A program made the position numbers and the translations under genes. Below the pieces are notes generated by a model. The model had not been told where the DNA came from. It did no database searches and saw only the letters and a list, made by a program, of their open reading frames with translations. This document shows positions 21,512-32,000 of a DNA stretch of 32,000 nt, piece by piece (positions within the stretch are counted from its first letter, which is position 1; each line of letters starts with the position of its first letter). Location: positions 60,001-92,000 of the forward strand of contig NC_006908.1 in assembly GCF_000008365.1 (NCBI RefSeq), in the 5' to 3' direction. The stretch comes from Mycoplasma mobile 163K. GTDB taxonomy: Bacteria > Bacillota_I > Bacilli_A > Mycoplasmatales > Metamycoplasmataceae.

Positions 21512-21546
21512 AAAAAAAACAACTTTATTACATAGTTGTTTTTTTT
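21512..21546. terminator. Bidirectional intrinsic-terminator-like hairpin between convergent genes
   Basis: AAAAAAAACAACT-(9-nt loop)-AGTTGTTTTTTTT forms perfect 13-nt arms with an A-tract on one side and a T-tract on the other. It lies between the membrane-protein stop (21500) and the ptsI stop (21554). Confidence 0.6.
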
Positions 21547-21553
21547 ATTTAAT

Positions 21554-23260
21554 TTAATAGTAAGTTTTTACAATTTCAATAACTTCATCTTGAGTTTTAG
21601 CTTCTAAAACTTTTTTGCTTAATTCATCAGCTCTAGTTAAATCAAGTGAATTTAAATGATATTTAGCCATCCCTAGAGATTCAGGGGCCATTGATAGCTT
21701 ATCAATTCCCATTGCTACTAAAATTGCTAAAGCATATTTATTTGAAGCAATTTCGCCACAAACACTAATTGTTTTCCCATTTCTGTGAGCTCCTTGGATT
21801 GCCATGTTAATTAAACGATAAATAGCAGGATTTAATGGTTGAAAATAATTTGAAACAGCTGAATTAACTCTGTCGACTGCAAAAGTATATTGAATCAAAT
21901 CATTTGATCCGACAGAGAAAAAGTCTACATACTGAGCAAAAACATCAGCTAAAACAGCTGAAGAAGGAATTTCGATCATCATTCCAATTTTAACTTCAGG
22001 ATCAAATTCAATTTTTTCTTGAATCATTGATTTTTTAACTTGGTCAATGATTTTTCTTAAAGACAATAGTTCTTCCACATTACTTACAAATGGTAACAAA
22101 ATCGCAACATTTCCAAAAGCAGAAGCACGATAAATTGCTCTTATTTGTGTAATAAAAGTATTGGGCTTATTTAAAGAGAATCTTACAGAACGATTTCCTA
22201 AAAAAGGATTCATTTCTTTTTCTTGTTTAAAGTATTTTAATTCTTTATCCCCACCAATATCTAAAGTTCTAATTACAACTTCGCTTTGTCTTGAAGTGTT
22301 TAAAGCGATATTTTTATAAACAAGAAATTGTTCTTCTTCAGTAGGTCAATCATTCATTTGCATGAACAAAAATTCTGTTCTAAATAATCCTGTTGAAATT
22401 TCTTTAAAATCTTTTAATCTTTCAATTTCTTCAACTCCATCAATATTTACTGCTAATTCAACTTTTTTTCCGTCTTTTGATTTATTAATAGGAGTAAATG
22501 TTTTTGGGTTAATGCTTGTTTTTTTAACAAGATCTAAATAATCTTCATATACTTTTCTATCTTTTGCATTTGGTTCTGTGTTTAATGTTTCATTAATCCC
22601 ATCAATGAAAACTTCTTGACCTTCTTTAAAATATTTTGGAAAATCACTTAAACCAAAAACATAAGGAACTTGTAAACTTTTTGCAATAATTGCACAGTGT
22701 GAAGTTGGTCCGCCTTCAGTTGTAATAAAACCTTTAATGTATTTTCTATTCAAGGTTAAAATATCACTTGATGTTAATTCTTTAGAAACAATTATTGTTG
22801 ATTCTTTTAATTCTTCTCCCATAACTTTTTTTTCAGGATTTGCAATAAAAGATAAAACTGAAGAAGCAACATCTAAAATATCCGTTGAACGTTGTTTCAT
22901 ATATTCATTATCCATGCTTTTGAAAATCTCAATGTACTTATCACTTACAATTTTGAATGCTTCATAAGCAGTTTTCTTTTCAAATTCAATGATTTTATTT
23001 GCTTCGTCTTTAAATGTAATATCATTAGCAATTTCTAAATGAGCAGTTAAAATATCAACTTCATTTTCTGTAAATTCTTTCTTTGCCTTTTTAATTAATA
23101 ATTTAATACTTTCGTTTGTTTTATTAATTGCATTTTCTAATATTGCCTTTTCTTTTTTTATATCTTGAAAAGATTTTTTGTATTCAATTTGCTCTTCTTC
23201 AAGAAAATGAATTTTCCCTAAAGCCAATTCTTGATTTGAGCTTTTAATTTTTAAAATCAT
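21554..23260 (-). CDS. ptsI: Phosphoenolpyruvate-protein phosphotransferase, PTS Enzyme I (568 aa)
   Basis: Track ORFs 22346..23260 and 21554..22213 (-) are in frame (1707 nt in total) and joined through TGA 22343-22345. The active-site region is TTEGGPTSHCAIIAK, with DIGGDK and NPFLGNRSVR in the PEP-binding domain. Confidence 0.95.
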
Positions 23261-23471
23261 TTACCCACCTTTATTATTTTCAATAACATTATAATTTTAA
23301 GGAAAACAACTAAATATTTTTAAAAACAATCAAAAATATTGTTATTTAAAAACTATTTTGAATATTTCTTATTTTTTCATAAAATTCAAGATTTTTTATT
23401 TAATAGTTCTTTTTTAAAAAATTTATTTAAGATTAATAATCATTTTGATAATTCAATTATAATTTTCAATT

Positions 23472-26579
<3,108 letters not shown>

Positions 26580-26587
<8 letters not shown>

Positions 26588-26852
26588 ACTTGTTGATTGA
26601 ATAAGATTAAGATATAAGAAAGTATGAAGAGATAAGTATCCATGATATTGACATATTTTCGATGTTATTCTAGGTTTTTTCATGGCTTTGATATTTGTTT
26701 TAATGCAAACATTTAATCCTGGAAACACTTTTACAGGAGGAACACTAGCAGGACTATTTTTTGCTATTTGATTCCTAGGTTATTTTATAGCTTTTGCATT
26801 TACTTATGGTTTAGTTAGATCAAGAAATGCATGGACCTACAGAAATAAATAA
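26580..26852 (+). CDS. Small two-TM membrane protein (90 aa), visible only with code 4
   Basis: GTG 26580 is the first start after the in-frame TAG 26568-26570 and overlaps the treC end by 8 nt. The frame is open to TAA 26850-26852 with 5 TGA and 1 TGG Trp codons. Translation: VSKLVDWIRLRYKKVWRDKYPWYWHIFDVILGFFMALIFVLMQTFNPGNTFTGGTLAGLFFAIWFLGYFIAFAFTYGLVRSRNAWTYRNK. This gives a basic N-terminus followed by two clear hydrophobic helices. It fills the otherwise unexplained 279-bp treC-crr gap. Confidence 0.5.
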
Positions 26853-26866
26853 ATTAAGGAGGAAAA

Positions 26867-27352
26867 ATGTTCTCATTTTTCAAGAAAAAAGATAAAAAAG
26901 CCCCAACCACATATGCACTAGCTACTGTTGTTGGAAATATATTTCCAGTCAAAGATTTAAAAGATGGAGTATTTTCTGAAAACATGTTAGGCGAAGGTAT
27001 CTACATCGAACCTTTAGAAAATAAATTTTATGCACCTGTTTCAGGGATTTTGGAAACAGTCTTTCCGACAAAACATGCTTTTGGAATTAGAACTAGTGAA
27101 GGAATTACTATTTTAGTTCATATTGGAATAGATACAGTTTCATTAAATGGTAAAGGTTTTACTTCTAAAGTTAAACAAGGTGATTTCATTTCAGAAGGTG
27201 AATTGTTAGCTGAAGTGGATTTTGCAATTTTAAAAGAAAATAACATTTCTAAAAGTACAGTTGTTATTGTTACAGGTGAAAGTTCTAAGAAAGCTTCAAC
27301 AATGCTAACAAGTGGAAAAGTTACTTTAGAAACAAAAATTTTCGAATTTTAA
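26867..27352 (+). CDS. crr: PTS glucose-family EIIA component (161 aa)
   Basis: Intact track ORF preceded by AGGAGG (26856-26861). The EIIA-Glc signature region is FPTKHAFGIRTSEGITILVHIGIDTVSLNGKGF, containing both active-site His residues. Confidence 0.9.
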   Translation: MFSFFKKKDKKAPTTYALATVVGNIFPVKDLKDGVFSENMLGEGIYIEPLENKFYAPVSGILETVFPTKHAFGIRTSEGITILVHIGIDTVSLNGKGFTSKVKQGDFISEGELLAEVDFAILKENNISKSTVVIVTGESSKKASTMLTSGKVTLETKIFEF

Positions 27353-27359
27353 AAATAAT

Positions 27360-27387
27360 AAAAAAACATTTAAATAAATGTTTTTTT
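27360..27387 (+). terminator. Intrinsic-terminator-like hairpin after crr
   Basis: AAAAAAACATTT-AAAT-AAATGTTTTTTT forms perfect 12-nt arms followed by further T-rich sequence, 8 nt after the crr stop. Confidence 0.6.
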
Positions 27388-27431
27388 ATTATTTTTTTAA
27401 ATACATGAATAATAATTTAGAAAGGTATAAA

Positions 27432-28235
27432 ATGGAAAAATCAAAAATTCAAATTCTAGGAGAAACTATTTCATACATATTTGAAGATACAGGAAGGCAA
27501 AAAGTTTTGTTCATACATGGCTTTAATAGTTCGACATCATTTGCAAACAACATTATATATTCTAAGACTAGAAGTTTTGATGTTGTTGCATTTGATTTTC
27601 CAGGTTCTGGTGGAAGTACAAATAATAATGAAATAAATATTAGCTTATTTCAAAAAATTACAAAAGAATTTATAAATAAATTAAATATGAAGCAAATAAT
27701 TATTGTGAGTCATTCACTTGGTTCTGTTTCTGCATTGTTTGTTAATAATCACCCTGAAGTAAAATACACAATTTTATTATCACCATATAATTATGTTTCT
27801 GTATCAGAAATTTTTAATAGAACTCTTTTTACTTGATTATTACCAAAAACAAAAGAAGAAGCAATCAGCAGTTTAGAATCACTTGTTCATCAATCCCCAA
27901 CTGAAAGTTACAAAAGTAACTTATTCAAACAAGCATCTTCATTTTTGAATAATGTATCTCAAAAACAAAATATTTTTAAGAACATGGTTTTAAATGAAAT
28001 TATAAATTTGGATTTTCAAAATTTAGTTGTTAAAAAATTATATTTTAGTGCAAAAAAATTTTCAATTATTTCAGGATATGATGATAAATTTATTCCATTT
28101 ACTAACTTAGAAAAGATCCAAAGAGACTTAGGCGTAGATTTAATAAAAATTGAAAATTGTGGTCATGCAATTATTTTCGAAAAAGGAAAAATGATCGAAG
28201 ATAAAATTCAAGAAATTTTAAATGAAATCAAATAA
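27432..28235 (+). CDS. Alpha/beta-fold hydrolase (esterase/lipase-like, 267 aa)
   Basis: Track ORFs 27378..27836 and 27945..28235 are in frame across TGA 27834-27836. It has HGFNSS (oxyanion region), nucleophile elbow VSHSLGS and a C-terminal CGHAI (catalytic His). ATG 27432 is chosen as the start because GAAAGG lies 8 nt upstream. ATG 27378 lies inside the crr terminator stem. Confidence 0.75.
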
Positions 28236-28263
28236 CATTAAATATTTTTAATGGTAGACTTTG

Positions 28264-29253
28264 TTATGAGTTAGATTTTTGAACTTTTTGTTCATTCAAT
28301 CAAAAATCAATAGCTTTTTGTGATTCTTCAAGAACATTCTCAATTTCATCAAAAGATTTTATTTTTGCTCCAGAAGCCCTAAAATGCCCTCCACCATTAA
28401 ATTTTTTGGCGACATCTGAAATATTTGGGCCGCTACTTCTTAATCTTATCCTAATTATATTTTCCTTTTCATCTTCAATAAAAAAAATTCAAACATAGTA
28501 GTTTTCAATATTTGACAATAAATTTACATAATTTGCAATTTTTTCATCTATTTTATGAATTTGTAAAAACTCCTTTGAAGCTTTGAAATATAAAATATTT
28601 CCGCTTATTTTTAAATTACTCAATACTATTTGTTGTTCTTTTAGCTCAGATAAAGTTTTTTTATACAAATTAAGATTAAACTTATCCAAATCAATTTTGC
28701 TTTTTAGTAATGTAGAACTAATCGAAAAAGTTCTTGAGCTAGTTTTATTAAATAAAAATCTTCCACTATCAGTAATTATTCCTAAATAAATATATTCAGC
28801 AGCTTTTTTTGAAATTTTTCACTTTAACTTAATGGCAAGATCTCCGATTTGCTCGGCAGAAGCTGCATAAGAATCATCTTTAAAAACTAAAGAAGCATTT
28901 AAATCATCGTCTTCAGGATGATGATCAATTCTAATAACCTCTTTTATCTCTTGATTTTTAATAATTTCGGAATGCTCGATTCTTTCTAAATAATTTGCAT
29001 CTACAATAATTCCTAAAGAATTCTTCAAAATTTCTTTACTTGGGACTTCATCCATTTTAAAATCTAAAAAATCAAATAAGTTTTCACTATTTCCGATTGC
29101 AAAAATTTTTTTATTTGGAAAATTATCCTTTATAAGTTCTTTTAGACCAAATTGAGATCCTAAGCAATCTCCATCCGGTCTAACATGATGGAAAATTACA
29201 ATACTTTCATATTTTTTTATCATTTTTTCAATTTTTTTAAAGATTTTATTCAT
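28264..29253 (-). CDS. DHH/DHHA1-family phosphoesterase (NrnA-like nanoRNase / pAp phosphatase, 329 aa)
   Basis: Track ORFs 28819..29253 and 28489..28689 (-) are in frame, joined via TGA, ending at TAA 28264-28266. Motifs are HHVRPDGDCLGS, IIVDAN, IDHH, GIITDSGRF and the DHHA1 motif GGGHFRASG. Confidence 0.85.
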
Positions 29254-29291
29254 GTTACCTCAAAACTAATTTTACAATCTCAATCATACTA

Positions 29292-29327
29292 AATTTAAAA
29301 ACATACTATTAAGTATGTTTTTAAATT
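29292..29327 (-). terminator. 16-bp perfect hairpin at the 3' end of the oxidoreductase gene
   Basis: AATTTAAAAACATACT-ATTA-AGTATGTTTTTAAATT forms a perfect 16-bp stem with a 4-nt loop. It overlaps the stop codon (29326-29328) and lies upstream of the DHH gene promoter region (TAAAAT and GAGGT before ATG 29253). Confidence 0.5.
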
Positions 29328-30375
29328 ATTTATCTCATTTTCTTGAATTAAATGTGTAATTATTTTTAATTTTATCTTCTAAATATTGAATATGATTGTA
29401 AAATCTATTTCCTTTTACTCACTCAAAATTTTGTGTTTTTAATTCTTCTGGACTAAAGTAATTATTTAATAAAAAATTTGGATTGAATAATAATTCTCTA
29501 CCAATACCGACAAAATCAATTCCTTTATTTAATGCAAAATCAATATCTTCTTTAGTGTTAAAATTTCCACTAGCAATAACTTGTTTGTTTGTAAATGATT
29601 TGATTGTTAAAGCATCTTCTAAACGATAAAGTTTTGTCTTTTTAACACTTTCTTCTAATAAAGGGGCTCCTGATAATATTCATGATGAAACATTAAAATA
29701 AATGACATATTTTTCTAATTCTTTAATTAAAGGTTTAAAGTCTTTTGCTGTATTTCCATTTGGAAAATAATCATTTACTGATAATCTAATCCCAAAAGGA
29801 ATGTCTACTTCTTTTTTTAATCTTTTTACAAAATCAATTAATAATCTTGACCTTTCGACAATATTTTCACTAGGATTAATTTCATTTGTTATTGGTGAAA
29901 TTAATTGTGAAAATAAATATCCATGAGCAGCATGAATTTCAACAAAATCAACTCCTGCTTTTTTAGCTCTTTTAGCAGCAAGAATAAAATTTTCAATAAT
30001 TTGATTTAATTGAGAGATAGTTGCTAATTTAACATTCTGGTCTTTGTCATATTTTGTTGAAACATTAATTTTATTTTCTTTATCAAAACTAGCTGATGAA
30101 GCATGATTTAATTGAAGCCCAATCAAGGCATTTTTCACTTTTGCAAGTCTTACAAGATGTTTGTATCCTTCGATATGTTCATCACTTCATATACCTAAAT
30201 CATCATGTTCAATTCTTCCTTCAGGTGAAACGGCAACAGATTCAACAATGATTGTTCCAACTTCTCCTCAAATTCTTGCTCCATAATGTTGGACATGAAA
30301 ATCATTTACAAATCCATTTTTTGCCATTTTTGTGTCCATTGGCAACATTGCAATTCTATTTTTGGGTTTAAGCAT
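29326..30375 (-). CDS. NADH:flavin oxidoreductase, Old Yellow Enzyme / YqjM-like family (349 aa)
   Basis: ATG 30375 is preceded by AAGGAG (complement of 30381-30386). Track ORF 29680..30138 (-) is in frame, joined through TGA codons, ending at TAA 29326-29328. Translation: MLKPKNRIAMLPMDT...FHVQHYGARIWGEVGTIIVESVAVSPEGR...GLQLNHAS...VEIHAAHGYLFSQLISP. Confidence 0.85.
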
Positions 30376-30461
30376 TTTTTCTCCTTAATTGATTTAGTAA
30401 ATTTTACTTACTAGCAGCATATATAGATTATATCTTATGTTTAATAAAATTCAATTTAAAT

Positions 30462-30488
30462 AAAAAAATGCTTTAAAAGCACTTTTTT
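30462..30488 (-). terminator. rpsD intrinsic-terminator-like hairpin
   Basis: On the minus strand the sequence is AAAAAAGTGCTTT-T-AAAGCATTTTTTT. The arms are complementary apart from one position that is G-U in the minus-strand RNA but A-C in the plus-strand RNA. A T7 tail follows. It overlaps the rpsD stop (30487-30489). Confidence 0.55.
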
Positions 30489-31086
30489 ATTTATTGTAAA
30501 ATTCAACAATTAGAGCTTCATTAATTTCTTGATTTAATTCTTTTCTTTCAGGAACACGAATTAATTTTCCTTTGAATTTATCTTTTTCAATTCAAGGAGC
30601 AACAACTCTTGTTTCAATTGAAGCTAAAATAGTTGGTACATTTTGAGATTTTGCTCTCAATTCAATAGTGTCACCAACATTAATTCTTTGTGAAGGAATA
30701 TCAGCTTTTTTACCATTTAACAAAAAATGACCATGATTTACAAGTTGTCTTGCTTGTCTTCTAGTTTGAGCAAATCCCATTCTGTAAACAATATTATCTA
30801 AACGACTTTCAAGTAATTGTAAAAAAGCTGTTCCAGTAACACCTTTTGCCTTATTAGCAATTGCAAAAGTGTTTCTAAATTGTCTTTCATTAATTCCATA
30901 CATGAATCTTACTTTTTGTTTTTCAAGTTGGTGAATACCAAAATCACTTAATTTTCCTCTTCTTTGACCATGTTGACCAGGTGCATATTGTCTTTGTTTC
31001 CCTTTAACAAATTCTTTTCCAGTTTCTAAAATTGAAAAACCAAAACGACGCGATCTTTTAAATACAGGACCTACATATCTAGACAT
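30487..31086 (-). CDS. rpsD: 30S ribosomal protein S4 (199 aa)
   Basis: Track ORF 30592..31098 (-) extends through TGA 30589-30591 to TAA 30487-30489. The canonical N-terminus [16 protein letters not shown] begins at ATG 31086, which has GGAG 6 nt upstream. The upstream in-frame ATG 31098 would add MEKI and lacks an SD. Confidence 0.93.
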
Positions 31087-31255
31087 AATTTTCTCCATTC
31101 TGCAAAACGAGAAATAAATAATTCTTTCAAACTTTTTATAATTTAGTGGTTTCGGTGAGCAGCACTCCTTACTTCCAGATTTAAAACAAATTAAAAAAAC
31201 AAATTAAAATATTACTTTGCTGCGTTTGCATTTATAATTTTACACGTTTTAAATA
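31087..31255 (-). promoter_or_regulatory. Long rpsD 5' leader (candidate S4 autoregulatory RNA)
   Basis: This is a ~170-nt untranslated region between the predicted promoter and the ATG. It contains a locally GC-rich block (minus strand: CTGGAAGTAAGGAGTGCTGCTCACCGAAACCAC, about 31143-31176). It also has complementary segments, TGCAAACG (about 31221-31228) and CGTTTTGCA (31101-31109), the latter adjacent to the SD. Confidence 0.35.
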
Positions 31256-31261
31256 ATTTAA

Positions 31262-31290
31262 ATTATATTTTTTCAAATTTTAGCAAGCAA
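31262..31290 (-). promoter_or_regulatory. Near-consensus sigma-A-type promoter for rpsD
   Basis: The minus strand reads TTGCTT (31290-31285), a 17-nt spacer, then TATAAT (31267-31262). This would place the transcription start about 170 nt upstream of the rpsD ATG. Confidence 0.5.
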
Positions 31291-31347
31291 ATAATTTTAA
31301 ATAAACTTTTAATATGATTATATTTAGATTAATATAAAATAAATATT

Positions 31348-32000
31348 ATGTTTGTAGAAATTATTTTAACCAGCTTGACAGCGTCTTTATTATTGATTTT
31401 GTTAATTTATATCTTAGCTAATTATATTTATTATAAAAATTTAGCTAAAAATCTTGAAAATTTGATGCTTAAACTAGATAGTGTAAATTTTGACAAAATT
31501 GAAAGCGATGCAGCTAGAATTTATCGCATTTCAGAAAAAAATTTAGACTATCAAAATTTATTTTGAGAAATAGATGAAATAAGATTGAAAATTTATAAAT
31601 TTCATGGTGATTTAACAGGAAAAAATTATGATTATAGAGAAGATACAAAGAAAAAAAATATTAAAAGAATAAAGCAAGAAATTAAAAGAGCAAAAGAAGA
31701 TGAATTTAAATTAAATGAATTAATAAATGAATTCGAAGAAAAAAGCAAAAATGTTGTAACAAATGTTAGGACTCTTTGAAATGAATTTGATATTTATCAT
31801 AAAGAACTTAGATATTTGCACAAATATTATTATGATTCCCCAGAAAATACTGAAATTTTCAAAAATTATTCAAATGAAATTGAAAAACTTTTTGATGAAT
31901 CTTTCAATCACAAAACTCATTTTTCTGAATTTGTAAAACAAATGGATAGAAAAAAAGCATTGGAAGAAATGTTTTACTTTAAAGAAAAAATTATCAAACT
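31348..32000 (+). CDS. EzrA-like membrane-anchored coiled-coil protein, 5' part (runs off the window)
   Basis: Track ORFs 31348..31566 and 31585..31779 are in frame across TGA, and the frame stays open to 32000. A single N-terminal TM (FVEIILTSLTASLLLILLIYILANYIYY) is followed by K/E-rich heptad-like sequence. This matches EzrA architecture, and the gene is divergent from rpsD. Homology has not been verified. Confidence 0.45.

Noticed and set aside
27378-27431. Upstream starts ATG 27378 and ATG 27405 for the alpha/beta hydrolase.
   Set aside because: ATG 27378 lies within the 3' arm of the crr terminator hairpin, and neither start has an SD. ATG 27432 has GAAAGG 8 nt upstream and gives a typical N-terminus before the HG oxyanion motif.
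28236-28253. 7-bp AT-only hairpin (CATTAAA-TATT-TTTAATG) between the convergent hydrolase and DHH genes.
   Set aside because: The stem is too weak and AT-rich to distinguish from chance, so it is not reported as a terminator.
28583-28789. 68-aa plus-strand ORF.
   Set aside because: It is antisense to the DHH phosphoesterase gene, whose DHH/DHHA1 motifs span this region on the minus strand.
31087-31098. Track start ATG 31098 for rpsD (MEKIMSRY...).
   Set aside because: S4 proteins begin MSRY.GP.... The GGAG that would serve as SD lies inside the 4 extra codons, so ATG 31086 is favoured.

Overview
This is a chromosomal segment from a very AT-rich Mollicute (Mycoplasma, Mesoplasma or Spiroplasma type; the species cannot be named from sequence alone). 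It reads UGA as Trp (translation table 4). The standard-code ORF track therefore splits most genes at in-frame TGA codons, and re-joining the pieces gives about 29 intact, tightly packed genes. On the + strand, in order: an MFS-like permease, lysS, three tandem Cof-type HAD phosphatases, potA-potB-potC followed by two tandem potD-like binding-protein paralogs, a YlxM-like HTH protein, pyrH-frr-cdsA-polC. Then lplA with a translationally coupled unknown 106-aa ORF (-), a 305-aa membrane protein (+), ptsI (-), a divergent treB-treC-(hidden 90-aa membrane ORF)-crr PTS sugar operon (+), and an alpha/beta hydrolase (+). Finally a DHH phosphoesterase, an Old-Yellow-Enzyme-type flavin oxidoreductase and rpsD (all -), and a partial EzrA-like coiled-coil membrane protein (+). 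I found no rRNA, tRNA, CRISPR array, IS or transposase, integrase, restriction-modification or other recognisable defence or mobile module. The window is essentially core housekeeping, and I cannot support a claim of a new multi-gene system. The observations most worth follow-up are: (1) the mosaic, apparently gene-converted tandem potD duplication; (2) a 90-aa membrane ORF with five TGA codons hidden inside the tre/crr operon; (3) an unknown small ORF overlapping the lplA start (TAATG); (4) a long rpsD leader behind a near-consensus promoter; (5) an EzrA-like gene next to rpsD in a wall-less lineage; (6) a large insertion in the PotA ATPase. All functional calls rest on reading the translations by eye. 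No database search was possible.
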